Assembly: GCA_963816355.1 (NCBI GenBank)
Contig: CAWFKH010000005.1
Span: 340,074-404,073, forward strand
Direction of reading: 5' to 3'
DNA length: 64,000 bases
Source of the DNA: an uncultured Gemmatimonadales bacterium
Lineage (GTDB): Bacteria; Gemmatimonadota; Gemmatimonadetes; Longimicrobiales; RSA9
Position numbers and translations under genes: made by a program. Positions 1 through 8,849 of the stretch are shown here, in pieces (within the stretch, counting starts at the first letter, position 1; each line of letters opens with the position of its first letter). The notes under the pieces are model-generated. The model saw nothing but the letters and a program-made list of their open reading frames with translations. It was not told the DNA's origin and did not search any database.

Positions 1-834
1 CCACAGCACGATCGGGCGGTCGCTGCGCGTCCAGCCGGCGTTGTCCGTCGCGTAGCCGTAGTCCTCCACGCCGTCGGTCGTGAGCTGCGTGTCCTCGCCG
101 GTCGCGAAGTCGCGCACCCACAGGTTCCAGTCGCGGATGAAGGCGGCGCGGCGGCCGTCGGGCGACAGGACGAACGGGCTGCGCCGGCCGCCGCGCCGGA
201 TCGCGCGCGTGCGGCGGGAGACGGCGTCCTCCTGCTCCGCCGGCGCGCAGCGGGCGCCGTGGATGTCACACGTGTAGCGGCGGCCGTGGATCGTGACGCC
301 GAAGGTCTGCCCCGCCGCGGGCAGCACGAGCTCGGTGATCGGCAGGTCGAGCGCTTCGAAAGTGGTATCCGCCGCCGCCGACAGCGCCGCCGCAATGCGG
401 GCGTGGTCGAAGGCGCGGGTGCGCGAGCGCTTCGTCGGGTCGACGAGGACGAATTCGTGGCCGCCTGCGATCGAGGTCCGGTACCAGAAGCGGTCCGCGC
501 GGTCGGCCGGCAGCCAGTTCGGTTCGGCGTTGTCGCCCGCGACGAGCGGCCGCGTGGCCCGAGCCAGGAACGACTCGGCGCGCGCGTACGCCGCCGCGGT
601 GACGGAGTCCGGCGCGTAGGGCGTCGTCTGGGCCGCGGCCGCGCGCGGCGCGAGGGCCACGCCGAGGAGCGGCGCGAGCGCCGCGGCGATCGCCCACGGG
701 AGCGGCGCGCGGGTCGCGCCGGCGTGCGGCGCCGGGCGGGACGCCGGCGCGAATGATGTCTCCGGCGAGGGCGGCGTGAGACGGGAGCGGCGCCCGCGCG
801 CGGAAGGCGAGGGCGGGACGAGGCGATGTCGCAT
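1..834 (-). CDS. S9-family peptidase, DPP-IV-like N-terminal beta-propeller region (partial; C-terminus lies beyond the window start)
   Basis: Reverse-strand translation from position 1 gives ...FIRDWNLWVRDFATGEDTQLTTDGVEDYGYATDNAGWTRSDRPIVLW, a DPPIV_N-type motif. It is preceded by a signal peptide (PLPWAIAAALAPLLGVALAPRAAAAQ). An in-frame ATG at 834 is the putative start, but the start is uncertain. It is absent from the ORF track because it runs off the window edge. Confidence 0.7.
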   Translation of the reverse strand, partial: MRHRLVPPSPSARGRRSRLTPPSPETSFAPASRPAPHAGATRAPLPWAIAAALAPLLGVALAPRAAAAQTTPYAPDSVTAAAYARAESFLARATRPLVAGDNAEPNWLPADRADRFWYRTSIAGGHEFVLVDPTKRSRTRAFDHARIAAALSAAADTTFEALDLPITELVLPAAGQTFGVTIHGRRYTCDIHGARCAPAEQEDAVSRRTRAIRRGGRRSPFVLSPDGRRAAFIRDWNLWVRDFATGEDTQLTTDGVEDYGYATDNAGWTRSDRPIVLW

Positions 835-955
835 GCGTCTCCTGCGGTCGGACGACGGGGCTAGGAACCGGGCCGGTGACGCGCGGAAGAGCGGCCGCCG
901 TGCTCCGGACACGGGACGCGCCAAGTTGGGACGAAGCGGGAGAGGCGGCAAGACG

Positions 956-1366
956 ATGACGCGAGACGGGGAGGGCGGTCCGCCGGAAGCCGGCGCGGGC
1001 GGCGCTGCGGGCTGGCGCACGCACGAGGTGGCGGGCTACGAGGTGCGGGTGGGCAAGGGCGCGAAGGACAACGACGCGCTCACCTTCGGCGCCGCGGATC
1101 CGCGCGACTTCTGGCTGCACGTGGCGGGCTACCCGGGCAGCCACGTGGTGGTGCGCAACCCGGCCGGCGTCGCGGAGCTGCCGCGCGAGGTGGCGGAGCG
1201 CGCGGCCGAGCTGGCGGCGTGGCATTCGAAGGCGCGCAACGCGCGCGGCAAGGTGGAGGTGCACCTCTGCCGGGTGGCCGACGTGAGCAAGCCGCGCGGC
1301 TTCGCGCCGGGCGAGGTGCGGCTGAGGGCGTGGCAGAAGGTCCGCGTGTATCCGAAGCGGGGCTGA
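956..1366 (+). CDS. DUF814 / NFACT-R RNA-binding domain protein
   Basis: The C-terminal 110 aa of ORF 776..1366 (WRTHEVAGYEVRVGKGAKDNDALTFGA...HVAGYPGSHVVV...) match the NFACT-R/DUF814 fold. An internal ATG at 956 avoids overlap with the divergent peptidase gene. Confidence 0.55.
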   Translation: MTRDGEGGPPEAGAGGAAGWRTHEVAGYEVRVGKGAKDNDALTFGAADPRDFWLHVAGYPGSHVVVRNPAGVAELPREVAERAAELAAWHSKARNARGKVEVHLCRVADVSKPRGFAPGEVRLRAWQKVRVYPKRG

Positions 1367-1411
1367 CGGAGCCCGAAGAGGGACTGACGGAAGGCGCCCC
1401 GCGAGGCAGCT

Positions 1412-2968
1412 TCAGCGAGGGAGCCGCGGAAAGCGCTGCGGCGGCCGCCGCCAACGGGTCGCCTGCTCGTAGGCGTACGCGACGCGGAAGATGGTGCCCT
1501 CCGCCCACGGCCGGGCGAGGATCTGCAGGCCGGCGGGCAGGTTCCCGTACGTGAAGCCCATGGGCACGGTGGCGGCGGGCATGCCGGTGGCCGGCGCGAT
1601 GAGTTGGCTGTTGTCGCCGCGGTACTCCTCGCGCGCGCGGTCGAGGTGCGCGGGCGGGTACGTCCACGTCGGGTAGACGACGACGTCGACGCGCGCGCTG
1701 TCCATCGCCGCCACGACGTCGCGCAGAAAGCGCTGGCGCGGCGCGTTGTCGGCGAAGTCGGGGCATGGCGGGTCCCACTCCGACGGCGGCGTGTCGGCCG
1801 GCTGCTTCACGAGCGAGCGCAGGCTCTCCTCGACGTAGGAGGAGTACTGGCCGGACTCGAGGACCTCGGCGACGTCGTGGATCGGCGCGCCGGCACCGAG
1901 CGAGGCGAGGTAGCGGTGCATGTCGTAGCGGAACCGCGGGCAGAACATGTCGCGCGAGCGCAGGTCCTCCTCGAGGTCGGGCACCACGAACGGGTCGACG
2001 ATGCCGGCGCCGTGCGCGCGCAGGTCGGCGACGGCGCGGTCGAAGAGCGCGAGCACCGCGGTGTCGCTCCTTGCGGGATCCGCGAGCGCGCGCAGCACGC
2101 CGATGCGGACGCCGCGCAGGCCCGCGGTGTCGAGAAAGGCCGTGTAGTCGGCGGCGACGTGGCCGCGCCCGGCCGCGGTGTACGGGTCGGCCGGGTCGTA
2201 GCCAGCGATCACGTTGAGCACGCGCGCGGCGTCGGCGACGGTGCGCGCCATCGGCCCGGCGACGTCACGGTCGAAGGCGAGCGGCACGATGCCGTCGCGG
2301 CTGACGAGGCCGATCGTCGAGCGGATCCCGAACAGGTCGAGGTGGGACGACGGCCCGCGGATCGAGTTGCCGGTGTCGGTGCCGAGGCCGACGGCGGCGA
2401 AGCTGGCCGCGATGCCCGAGGCCGTGCCGCCGCTCGAGCCCGCCGGCACGCGGTCGAGCGCGTACGCGTTGGCGGTCGTGTCGAAGGAGGAGCTGACCGT
2501 CTGCCGTGGGCTGAACGCCCACTCCGCCATGTTCGTCTTGGCGACGACGACCGCGCCCGCGTCGCGGATTCGCCGCACCACGAACGCGTCGTCCGGCGGC
2601 CGGCTGTGCAGCAGCGCGACCGATCCGCCCGTGGTCGCCAGGTCGTGCGTGTCGTAGTTGTCCTTCACCAGCATCGGCACGCAGAAGAGCGCGCCGCCCG
2701 CGCGCCCGTCGGCGAGCGCGTGGTCGAGCGAGTCCGCGCGCGCGAGCGCGTTCGGATTCACCACGGTGATCGCGTTGAGCCCGGTCGAGTCGTCGTACGC
2801 CGCGATGCGGTCGAGGTACGCCTGCACGACCCCCCGGCACGTCACGTCACCGGAGCGGATCGCCGCCTCGATCCCCGGAATCGTAGCCTCCACCGGCTCG
2901 AACCCCCGCCCCCCGCCCCCGCCCGCGCGGCCGCCCGCGCACCCCCCCAGCCAGAGCCCGCCCACCAT
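1412..2968 (-). CDS. amidase (amidase-signature family), probable lipoprotein
   Basis: The C-terminal 518 aa of the giant ORF 1412..5353 carry the AS signature (GGSSGGTASGIAAS, K...S...S). The N-terminus MVGGLWLGGC is lipobox-like. The ATG at 2968 is in frame. Confidence 0.85.
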   Translation of the reverse strand: MVGGLWLGGCAGGRAGGGGGRGFEPVEATIPGIEAAIRSGDVTCRGVVQAYLDRIAAYDDSTGLNAITVVNPNALARADSLDHALADGRAGGALFCVPMLVKDNYDTHDLATTGGSVALLHSRPPDDAFVVRRIRDAGAVVVAKTNMAEWAFSPRQTVSSSFDTTANAYALDRVPAGSSGGTASGIAASFAAVGLGTDTGNSIRGPSSHLDLFGIRSTIGLVSRDGIVPLAFDRDVAGPMARTVADAARVLNVIAGYDPADPYTAAGRGHVAADYTAFLDTAGLRGVRIGVLRALADPARSDTAVLALFDRAVADLRAHGAGIVDPFVVPDLEEDLRSRDMFCPRFRYDMHRYLASLGAGAPIHDVAEVLESGQYSSYVEESLRSLVKQPADTPPSEWDPPCPDFADNAPRQRFLRDVVAAMDSARVDVVVYPTWTYPPAHLDRAREEYRGDNSQLIAPATGMPAATVPMGFTYGNLPAGLQILARPWAEGTIFRVAYAYEQATRWRRPPQRFPRLPR

Positions 2969-2989
2969 GCCGAGGATTCCGAGCGCAAC

Positions 2990-3180
2990 GCCTCCCCTCG
3001 CCGAAGGCGAGCTTCCCCGCCGCAGGCGGCCCCCCCGCGCGGAGCGCGGCCCCCGCCGCAGGCGGTTTCCCCGCGCGCAGCGCGGCCCCCCGCCGCAGGC
3101 GGGCTTCCCTCGCGAAGCGAGCTTCCCCGCGCCCAGCGCGGCTTCCCTCGCAACGCGAGCTTCCCTCGCGCAGCGAGCGC
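2990..3180. repeat. tandem hairpin-repeat array (GCGAGCTTCCC / CTCGCGCAGCGAG units), B-orientation member of the GGCGAG-GGAAG-CTCGCC family
   Basis: Direct reading shows repeated palindromic units between the prolyl oligopeptidase stop and the amidase start. The same family occurs at 29.9-31.2 kb and 43.7-44.3 kb. Confidence 0.7.
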
Positions 3181-5295
3181 TCACCGCAGCCGCTTCCACA
3201 GGTACGTGAAGACGAGCGCCTGTTCGCGCGCCCGTTGTGCGTTGGTGACGCCCGCGCCGTGGCCGCCCTCGGTGTTCTCGTAGAACCAGACCGGGTGGCC
3301 GAGCGCCTTCATGCGCGCGGCGAACTTGCGCGCGTGGCCGGGATGGACGCGGTCGTCGCGCGTCGTCGTATAGATGAACGGCCGCGGGTAGTCCGCGTTC
3401 GGGCTGATGTTCTGGTACGGCGAGTACTCGCTGATGTAGGCCCACTCGTCCGGCCTGTCGGGGTCGCCGTACTCGCCCATCCAGCTCGCGCCGGCGAGGA
3501 GGTGGTTGAAGCGCTTCATGTCGAGGAGCGGATTCAGGATGACGACGGCGTTCCACAGGTCCGGCCGCTCCGTCAGCATGACGCCCATCAGCAGGCCGCC
3601 GTTGCTGCCGCCCATGATCCCGAGGTGCGCGGGCGAGGTGATGCGGCGCGCGATCAGGTCCTCGGCGACGGCGATGAAGTCGTCGTAGGCGCGCTGCCGG
3701 TGCTCCTTCATCGCGGCGCGGTGCCACGTCGGCCCGAACTCGCCGCCGCCGCGGATGTTGGCGACCACGTAGACGCCGCCGCGCTCGAGCCAGTCGGCGC
3801 CGTTTGCGGCGTTGTAGTTCGGCGTCAGCGAGATCTCGAAGCCGCCGTAGCCGTAGAGCAGCGTCGGGTCGTTCCCGTCGAGGGAGATGTCCTTCCGGTG
3901 CACGATGAAGTAGGGCACCTTCGTGCCGTCCTTCGACGTCGCCTCGTGCTGCTCGGTGACGAGGCCGGCGGCGTCGAACTGGGCGGGCAGCCGGCTCACC
4001 TCGCGGACCGCGCCGTCGTCCCCGGCGAAGTAGAGCGTGGAGGGCTGGGTGAACGCGCTGTAGGTGAAGAAGAAGCGGTCGCTCGACGGCGACGTCGCGA
4101 CCACGCCGGCGCTGCCGATGCCGGGCACCGGGATCGTGTCGGCGCTCCACGTGCCGTCGTCGAAGTGGAAGCGGAGGAGCGACGGCCGCACGTTCTCGAG
4201 GCGGTCGACGAGCAGGTAGTTCTCGGTGCTGCTGACGCCGTCGATCGTGGCGCGCGGGTCCGGCTGGAGCACGACCTGGAAGTCGCGGCCGCCGGCGAGG
4301 AAGGCGTCGATGCCGGTCGCGATCAGGGCGTCGGCGGCGAACGTGTGTCCGCCGACGTCCCAGGGGGAGCGGAGCCGCAGCACGAGCTGGTCGCCGACGA
4401 GCGAGATGTCGGAATCGAGCGGCACGTCGAGCTTCACCAGCGAGTCGCCGCGCAAGACGTAGTACATCGTCTCGAAGAAGGTGGGCGAGCGGACGACGAG
4501 GCCCCACGTGCGGCCGCCGCTGCGGGTGGCGCCGACGCCGACGAGCACGTCCGTGGTGTCGCCCTCGAGCAGCGTGCGCGCGGCGGAGAGCGGCGTGCCG
4601 CGGTGCCACAGCTTCGCGATGCGCGCGTAGCCGGACGTGGTGCGGGTGCCCGGCCCGAAGTCGGTCGAGACGAGGACGTCGTCGGGCCCGAGCCAGGCGA
4701 CGCCGAGCTTCGCCTCCGGAAGGGCGAAGCCGCCGTCGACGAACGCGGCGTGCTCGACGTCGAACTCGCGCACCTGCACGGCGTCGGCGCCGCCGCGCGA
4801 GAGGCGGACGAGGCAGCGGCGGTACGCGGGCGGCAGGCAGCTCGCGCCCTTCCACGCCCAGTCGACGCCCTCCGCCGCGGCGAGCGAATCCACGTCGAGG
4901 ACGGTGGTCCAGCGCGGCGAGCCGGCCAGGTACGCGTCCCATGTGGTGCGGCGCCAGATGCCGCGCGGGTGGTCGCCGTCCTGCCAGTAGTTGAAGATCG
5001 CGTCGCCGAGGATCGACGGGAACGCGATGCGGTCGTGCGAATCGTAGATGCGCAGCGTGCGCTCGTAGATCGGCTGGTAGAGTGGGTCGGCGCCGAGGAC
5101 CGCCATCGTCGAGTCGCTCTGCGCCTTGACCCACGCCAGCGAGCGCGGCGCTTCGACGTCCTCGAGCCAGCGGAACGGGTCGGACGATTGGCGCGGCGAC
5201 GCCGTGGCGCGCCCGGTGGAGCTCGGCTGCTGCGCCGAGAGGCCGCTCGTCGCGACGATCGCCGCGATCGCGAGCAACGCGGGAAACCGCTTCAT
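3181..5295 (-). CDS. prolyl oligopeptidase family serine peptidase (S9A), secreted
   Basis: ORF 3181..5493 has an internal start MKRFPALLAIAAIVATSGLSAQQ (signal peptide) at 5295. It has a beta-propeller N-terminal half plus a catalytic domain (GGSNGGLL, ...D...H), typical of prolyl endopeptidase. Confidence 0.85.
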   Translation of the reverse strand: MKRFPALLAIAAIVATSGLSAQQPSSTGRATASPRQSSDPFRWLEDVEAPRSLAWVKAQSDSTMAVLGADPLYQPIYERTLRIYDSHDRIAFPSILGDAIFNYWQDGDHPRGIWRRTTWDAYLAGSPRWTTVLDVDSLAAAEGVDWAWKGASCLPPAYRRCLVRLSRGGADAVQVREFDVEHAAFVDGGFALPEAKLGVAWLGPDDVLVSTDFGPGTRTTSGYARIAKLWHRGTPLSAARTLLEGDTTDVLVGVGATRSGGRTWGLVVRSPTFFETMYYVLRGDSLVKLDVPLDSDISLVGDQLVLRLRSPWDVGGHTFAADALIATGIDAFLAGGRDFQVVLQPDPRATIDGVSSTENYLLVDRLENVRPSLLRFHFDDGTWSADTIPVPGIGSAGVVATSPSSDRFFFTYSAFTQPSTLYFAGDDGAVREVSRLPAQFDAAGLVTEQHEATSKDGTKVPYFIVHRKDISLDGNDPTLLYGYGGFEISLTPNYNAANGADWLERGGVYVVANIRGGGEFGPTWHRAAMKEHRQRAYDDFIAVAEDLIARRITSPAHLGIMGGSNGGLLMGVMLTERPDLWNAVVILNPLLDMKRFNHLLAGASWMGEYGDPDRPDEWAYISEYSPYQNISPNADYPRPFIYTTTRDDRVHPGHARKFAARMKALGHPVWFYENTEGGHGAGVTNAQRAREQALVFTYLWKRLR

Positions 5296-5384
5296 GAGCC
5301 CTCTCCTGTTGGGTCGGAGTGGAGAGAGTGGGGCGCCGGCGTACGGAACGCAATGCCGCGCCGCCCGATGGAGGCTCGCGTGTT

Positions 5385-5480
5385 TGCTCGAGGGCTTGCT
5401 CGGGCGCTTGCTTGAGCGCTTGCGTGAGCGTTTGCTCGCGCGCTTGATTGAGCGCTTGCTCGCGCGCTTGTCGGATCGCG
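5385..5480. repeat. 12-bp tandem repeat x8 (consensus CTTGCTCGAGCG)
   Basis: Eight units read directly (tttgctcgaggg cttgctcgggcg cttgcttgagcg cttgcgtgagcg tttgctcgcgcg cttgattgagcg cttgctcgcgcg cttgtcggatcg). They lie in the divergent intergenic region between the POP gene (-) and msrB (+). Confidence 0.7.
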
Positions 5481-5727
5481 CGCCGCCGCGCACATTCCGT
5501 CCCGGACGTCCCTTTCTCGCCGGCGAGCCGCGACGGCCCAGCGGGACTCCATTTTCCTCAGCATCGAGCCGCTCGGCCAGACGCTGATCGCGCTGCGCGA
5601 CGCGATCCTCGGCCGGCCTCCAGAGCGGACCGGCACCCGCGGCTCGACGCTCCGAGGAACCCGGCCGGCCGGCTCGGGTTCGATACGACGATCGGCGCGG
5701 TCGTCACAATGGATCCGGAGGATCGGA

Positions 5728-6306
5728 ATGGAGCGCAGGCACTTCCTGCTGGGACTCTTCTCGCTGGCGCTGCCGACGGGCGGGCTGCTCGAGCGCCTCG
5801 GACGCCTGCCCGGCACGGACGCGGCGGCGGCGCGGCGTGCCACGTCGAGCGCGGCCGGCAGCCGCACGGCGATGCCCCCGCAGCAGGGGATCGCGAAGCT
5901 CGAGAAGTCGGATGGGGAATGGCGCAAGCTCCTGCCGTCCGCGGCGTTCGCCGTCCTCTTCCGCGAGGCGACGGAGCGGCCGGGCACCAGCCCGCTCAAC
6001 GACGAGCACCGTCCCGGCACGTTCATCTGCGCGGCGTGCTACCTGCCGCTCTTCGACGCCGCGACGAAGTTCGACAGCGGCACCGGCTGGCCCAGCTTCT
6101 ACACGCACATCGACGGGCGGCTCGGCTTCAAGAAGGACTACAAGCTGATCGCACCGAGAACGGAGTACCACTGCGCCCGGTGCGGCGGACACCAGGGGCA
6201 CGTCTTCGACGACGGTCCGCCGCCCACCGGCAAGCGCTACTGCAACAACGGCGTCGCGCTGCGCTTCGTGCCCGAGGGCAGGGCGCTGCCGGCGCTGCGC
6301 ACCTGA
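5728..6306 (+). CDS. msrB: peptide-methionine (R)-S-oxide reductase MsrB with Tat signal
   Basis: It has a twin-arginine N-terminus (MERRHFLLGLFSLALP) and the SelR domain with CxxC...CxxC (CAACYLPLF...HCARCGGHQGHVFDDG). Confidence 0.85.
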   Translation: MERRHFLLGLFSLALPTGGLLERLGRLPGTDAAAARRATSSAAGSRTAMPPQQGIAKLEKSDGEWRKLLPSAAFAVLFREATERPGTSPLNDEHRPGTFICAACYLPLFDAATKFDSGTGWPSFYTHIDGRLGFKKDYKLIAPRTEYHCARCGGHQGHVFDDGPPPTGKRYCNNGVALRFVPEGRALPALRT

Positions 6307-6392
6307 CCGCGCATCCGCGCTCATCCTCGGAGCTCATCCTCGAGCCCATCCTCGCGCCCGTCGACGACGCGACCCAACGATCGGGAGGTGCC

Positions 6393-6908
6393 ATGGCGAA
6401 CAACCCTGAGGGCGGCAAGGAGATCGAGCGGCTCGACCCGCGACCCGTCGACATCGTGCTGCGCGACGGCCGCGAGGTCGAGGGCCGCCTCGCCGTAGGC
6501 AGCGGCCAGACCCTCGTGCGCTACCTCGCCACCCGCCGCATCCTGATCAACCTCACCGACGTGCGCGCCCACTGGTCCGACGACCGCCCGCTCGAGCACC
6601 TCGCCGTCCCGCTCCAGCACATCCGCTGGGTCCGCTCCACCGACGGCCAGATCCCGCTCACGCCGCTCGCCGCCATGCCGATGCTCACCCCCGTCGCCGT
6701 CCACCTCGACGACGGTACCTCCATTCACGCCTTCGTCGACCTCGCCTTCAACGAGCGCTTCAGCGACCACCTCGACATCGCGCGCCCCTTCATCCCGCTC
6801 TTCCGCGCAAGCGTCGGCGGCGAGTGGATCGGCGACGTCGCCCTGAACGCCACCTGCGTCGTCGCCGCCCGCGAGGCGCGTGACGACGAGCCGGCGGAAA
6901 AGGCGTAG
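6393..6908 (+). CDS. hypothetical protein
   Basis: The C-terminal 171 aa of ORF 5448..6908 begin at an ATG preceded by GGGAGG. The upstream part of that ORF overlaps msrB out of frame and is treated as spurious. I recognised no domain. Confidence 0.45.
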   Translation: MANNPEGGKEIERLDPRPVDIVLRDGREVEGRLAVGSGQTLVRYLATRRILINLTDVRAHWSDDRPLEHLAVPLQHIRWVRSTDGQIPLTPLAAMPMLTPVAVHLDDGTSIHAFVDLAFNERFSDHLDIARPFIPLFRASVGGEWIGDVALNATCVVAAREARDDEPAEKA

Positions 6909-7180
6909 CCGGGGCGCGCATCCAGGCGCGGTCAAGCGCCGTGGCGTGGCCCGGCGGCGTGGCGGCGCGGCCCGGCGGCAGGTGCGCCGCGGCGCGGCCC
7001 GCTCGGCCATGAGAATTCCTTCAGCGCGGCCTCGCGCTCCTCGGATCTGGCCCGGGCGCCGCGGAGCGGCCCGCTTGGCCATGGGAATGCCCCGGCGCGC
7101 CGTGCATCATGGCGTGTCGACGGAGCGGCTGGAGCGCCGTCGCGAGGATGACCGCGAGAGCGTTCGGGAGGTCCGATTCG

Positions 7181-8113
7181 ATGCGCGCCGATGTGGAGCA
7201 GCGGGTTCGCGACGTCGCCGCAAGCCAGCACGGGGTGGTCACCCGCAACCAGCTCGTTCGGGCGGGCCTTTCCTCGGCCGCCATCGGTCGCAAGGTGATG
7301 CGCGGGCAGCTGCAGACGCGCCATCGGGGCGTGTATCAGCTGGGGCCGCTCGCGCTTCCCGGCGCCTCCCACATGGCTGCCGTGCTCGCCGGCGGGCCCG
7401 CCGCAACCCTGAGCCACCTTTCCGCAGCGAGCCTCTCCGGGTTGCGCCCGCGGCCGGACGTCCCGGGGCCGATCCACGTCAGCGTTCCGGGAGCGGGCCG
7501 GAGTCGCAGGCCCGGCATACGCTTCCACCGCGTCGCCCTCGCCGACGACGAGCGGACGATCGTCGACGGCATTCCCATCACGGCACCGGGACGCACGCTC
7601 GTGGACATCGCCGGCATGCTGGGCCGGCGCGAGATCGAGCACGCCGTCGCCTGCGCCGAACGGGAACGCCTCATCGATCACGAGCAGCTCGCCGCGCTTC
7701 CGGAGCGCTACCGCAGCCGTCCCGGCATCGGCCTGTTGCGAGAAGTGACGCAGCGGCTCGCGGAGCCGGCGTTCACGCGCTCCGAGGCGGAGAACCGATG
7801 TCTCGAGATGCTGGACGCCGCCCGGATCCCCCGGCCGCACTCCAACGTGCCGATCGGACCCTACGAGCTGGACCACTTCTGGCCCGTGGAGGGGATCGCC
7901 ATCGAGATCGACGGCCGCGCATACCATTCCGCTCGCGGCCGCTTCGAGGGCGATCGCCGCAAGGATGCATGGCTCCGCGCCCGCGGCATCGAGGTGATCC
8001 GCCTCACCTGGAGGCAGATCACGCGCGAAGCGATGCCCACCGCCGTCCAGATCGGTCAGATCCTCGCTCTCGCCCGGGCCCGCAAAGCCGCGACCCCGCG
8101 GGAGGCGTCGTAG
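7181..8113 (+). CDS. DUF559 endonuclease-like domain protein with AbiEi-type N-terminal domain
   Basis: ORF 7109..8113 has an N-terminal wHTH-like AbiEi_4 region (HGVVTRNQLVRAGLS...). Its C-terminus carries the DUF559/Vsr-like fold motifs (FTRSEAENRCLEML...IEIDGRAYH...DRRKDAWLRARGIEVIRL). The internal ATG is at 7181. Confidence 0.75.
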   Translation: MRADVEQRVRDVAASQHGVVTRNQLVRAGLSSAAIGRKVMRGQLQTRHRGVYQLGPLALPGASHMAAVLAGGPAATLSHLSAASLSGLRPRPDVPGPIHVSVPGAGRSRRPGIRFHRVALADDERTIVDGIPITAPGRTLVDIAGMLGRREIEHAVACAERERLIDHEQLAALPERYRSRPGIGLLREVTQRLAEPAFTRSEAENRCLEMLDAARIPRPHSNVPIGPYELDHFWPVEGIAIEIDGRAYHSARGRFEGDRRKDAWLRARGIEVIRLTWRQITREAMPTAVQIGQILALARARKAATPREAS

Positions 8114-8265
8114 GCGACGTCGTCGCAACGCATTCGCAGGCGACGTCGTCGCAACGCATCGCAGGCGACGTCGTCGCAACGCATCGCAGGCGACGTCGTC
8201 GCAACGCATCGCAGGCGACGTCGTCGCAACGCATCGCAGGCGACGTCGTCGCAACGCCGCATCGG
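8112..8265. repeat. 25-bp tandem repeat x6 (AGGCGACGTCGTCGCAACGCATCGC) with palindromic core CGACGTCG
   Basis: Six near-identical units read directly, starting at the stop codon of the DUF559 gene. Confidence 0.8.
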
Positions 8266-8404
8266 CGCCTGGGGCGCAGGGGCCCAGGGCGTTCAACGCA
8301 AGCGTACCGGCCGGACGAACCCAACCGTTCTCGCGACTCACGGCGAACGGCTGGGATTCGGCCGCGTCGAGGACGGCCCGTGCGAGAAGAATCTCGTAAT
8401 CGGC

Positions 8405-8432
8405 GCCGGTCGGATGCTCGCCATCCGGATTT
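8405..8432 (+). terminator. candidate intrinsic terminator (CGGATG-ctcgc-CATCCG stem-loop followed by GATTTTT)
   Basis: A GC-rich 6-7 bp stem plus a T5 run, which is rare in a 70% GC sequence. It lies inside a low-GC island with no ORF. Confidence 0.35.
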
Positions 8433-8677
8433 TTCTCGGAATCCGGGAAGAATCTCGTAACGAACACCCTGGTCCTGGATCGCAAACGAGATATTGCTCG
8501 ATTTCCGAGACAAAACCGGATAGCGATCCCCGAGACGCCATCCATTACGAGAAATTGCTCACTTCTCGGAGCACGAACCGGCCGAGACGTGCTCGACCTC
8601 GACCGCGAGTCCGGGAAACCCTCGCCCACGGAGGACCACCGCAATGTGTAGCCCGGGCAGAGTGGACGCGCATGCTC

Positions 8678-8808
8678 GGGCGGACGCAAGCGGGGCGGAC
8701 GCATGCTCGGGCGGACGCAAGCCGGGCGGACGCAAGCGGGGCGGACGCAAGCCGGGCGGACGCAAGCGGGGCGGACGCAAGCCGGGCGGACGCAAGCGGG
8801 GCGGACGC
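8678..8808. repeat. 15-bp tandem repeat x~8.5 (GGGCGGACGCAAGCS)
   Basis: Read directly. It is flanked by two copies of GCATGCTCGGGCGGACGCAAG. Confidence 0.75.
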
Positions 8809-8849
8809 CCCGATTGGAGCGCCCGCCCCGCAATCGCTCACCTGCGTTC

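Noticed and set aside
1412-5353. 1313-aa ORF on the minus strand
   Set aside because: Only its last 518 aa form the amidase. The upstream 795 aa are Arg/Ala/Gly-rich, run antisense to the prolyl oligopeptidase gene and across the repeat array, and are a typical spurious long ORF in about 70% GC DNA.
5448-6392. The N-terminal 315 aa of ORF 5448..6908
   Set aside because: It overlaps msrB in another frame and the 12-bp repeat region. Only the part from the SD-preceded ATG at 6393 onward looks like a gene.
8280-8640. The low-GC island as RNase P RNA or tmRNA
   Set aside because: It contains AGTCCGGG but lacks the GGAAAGUCCGGGCUCC P4 context and is too short for RNase P. It has no tRNA-like T-arm (GGTTCGAATCC) at the 3' end, as tmRNA would.
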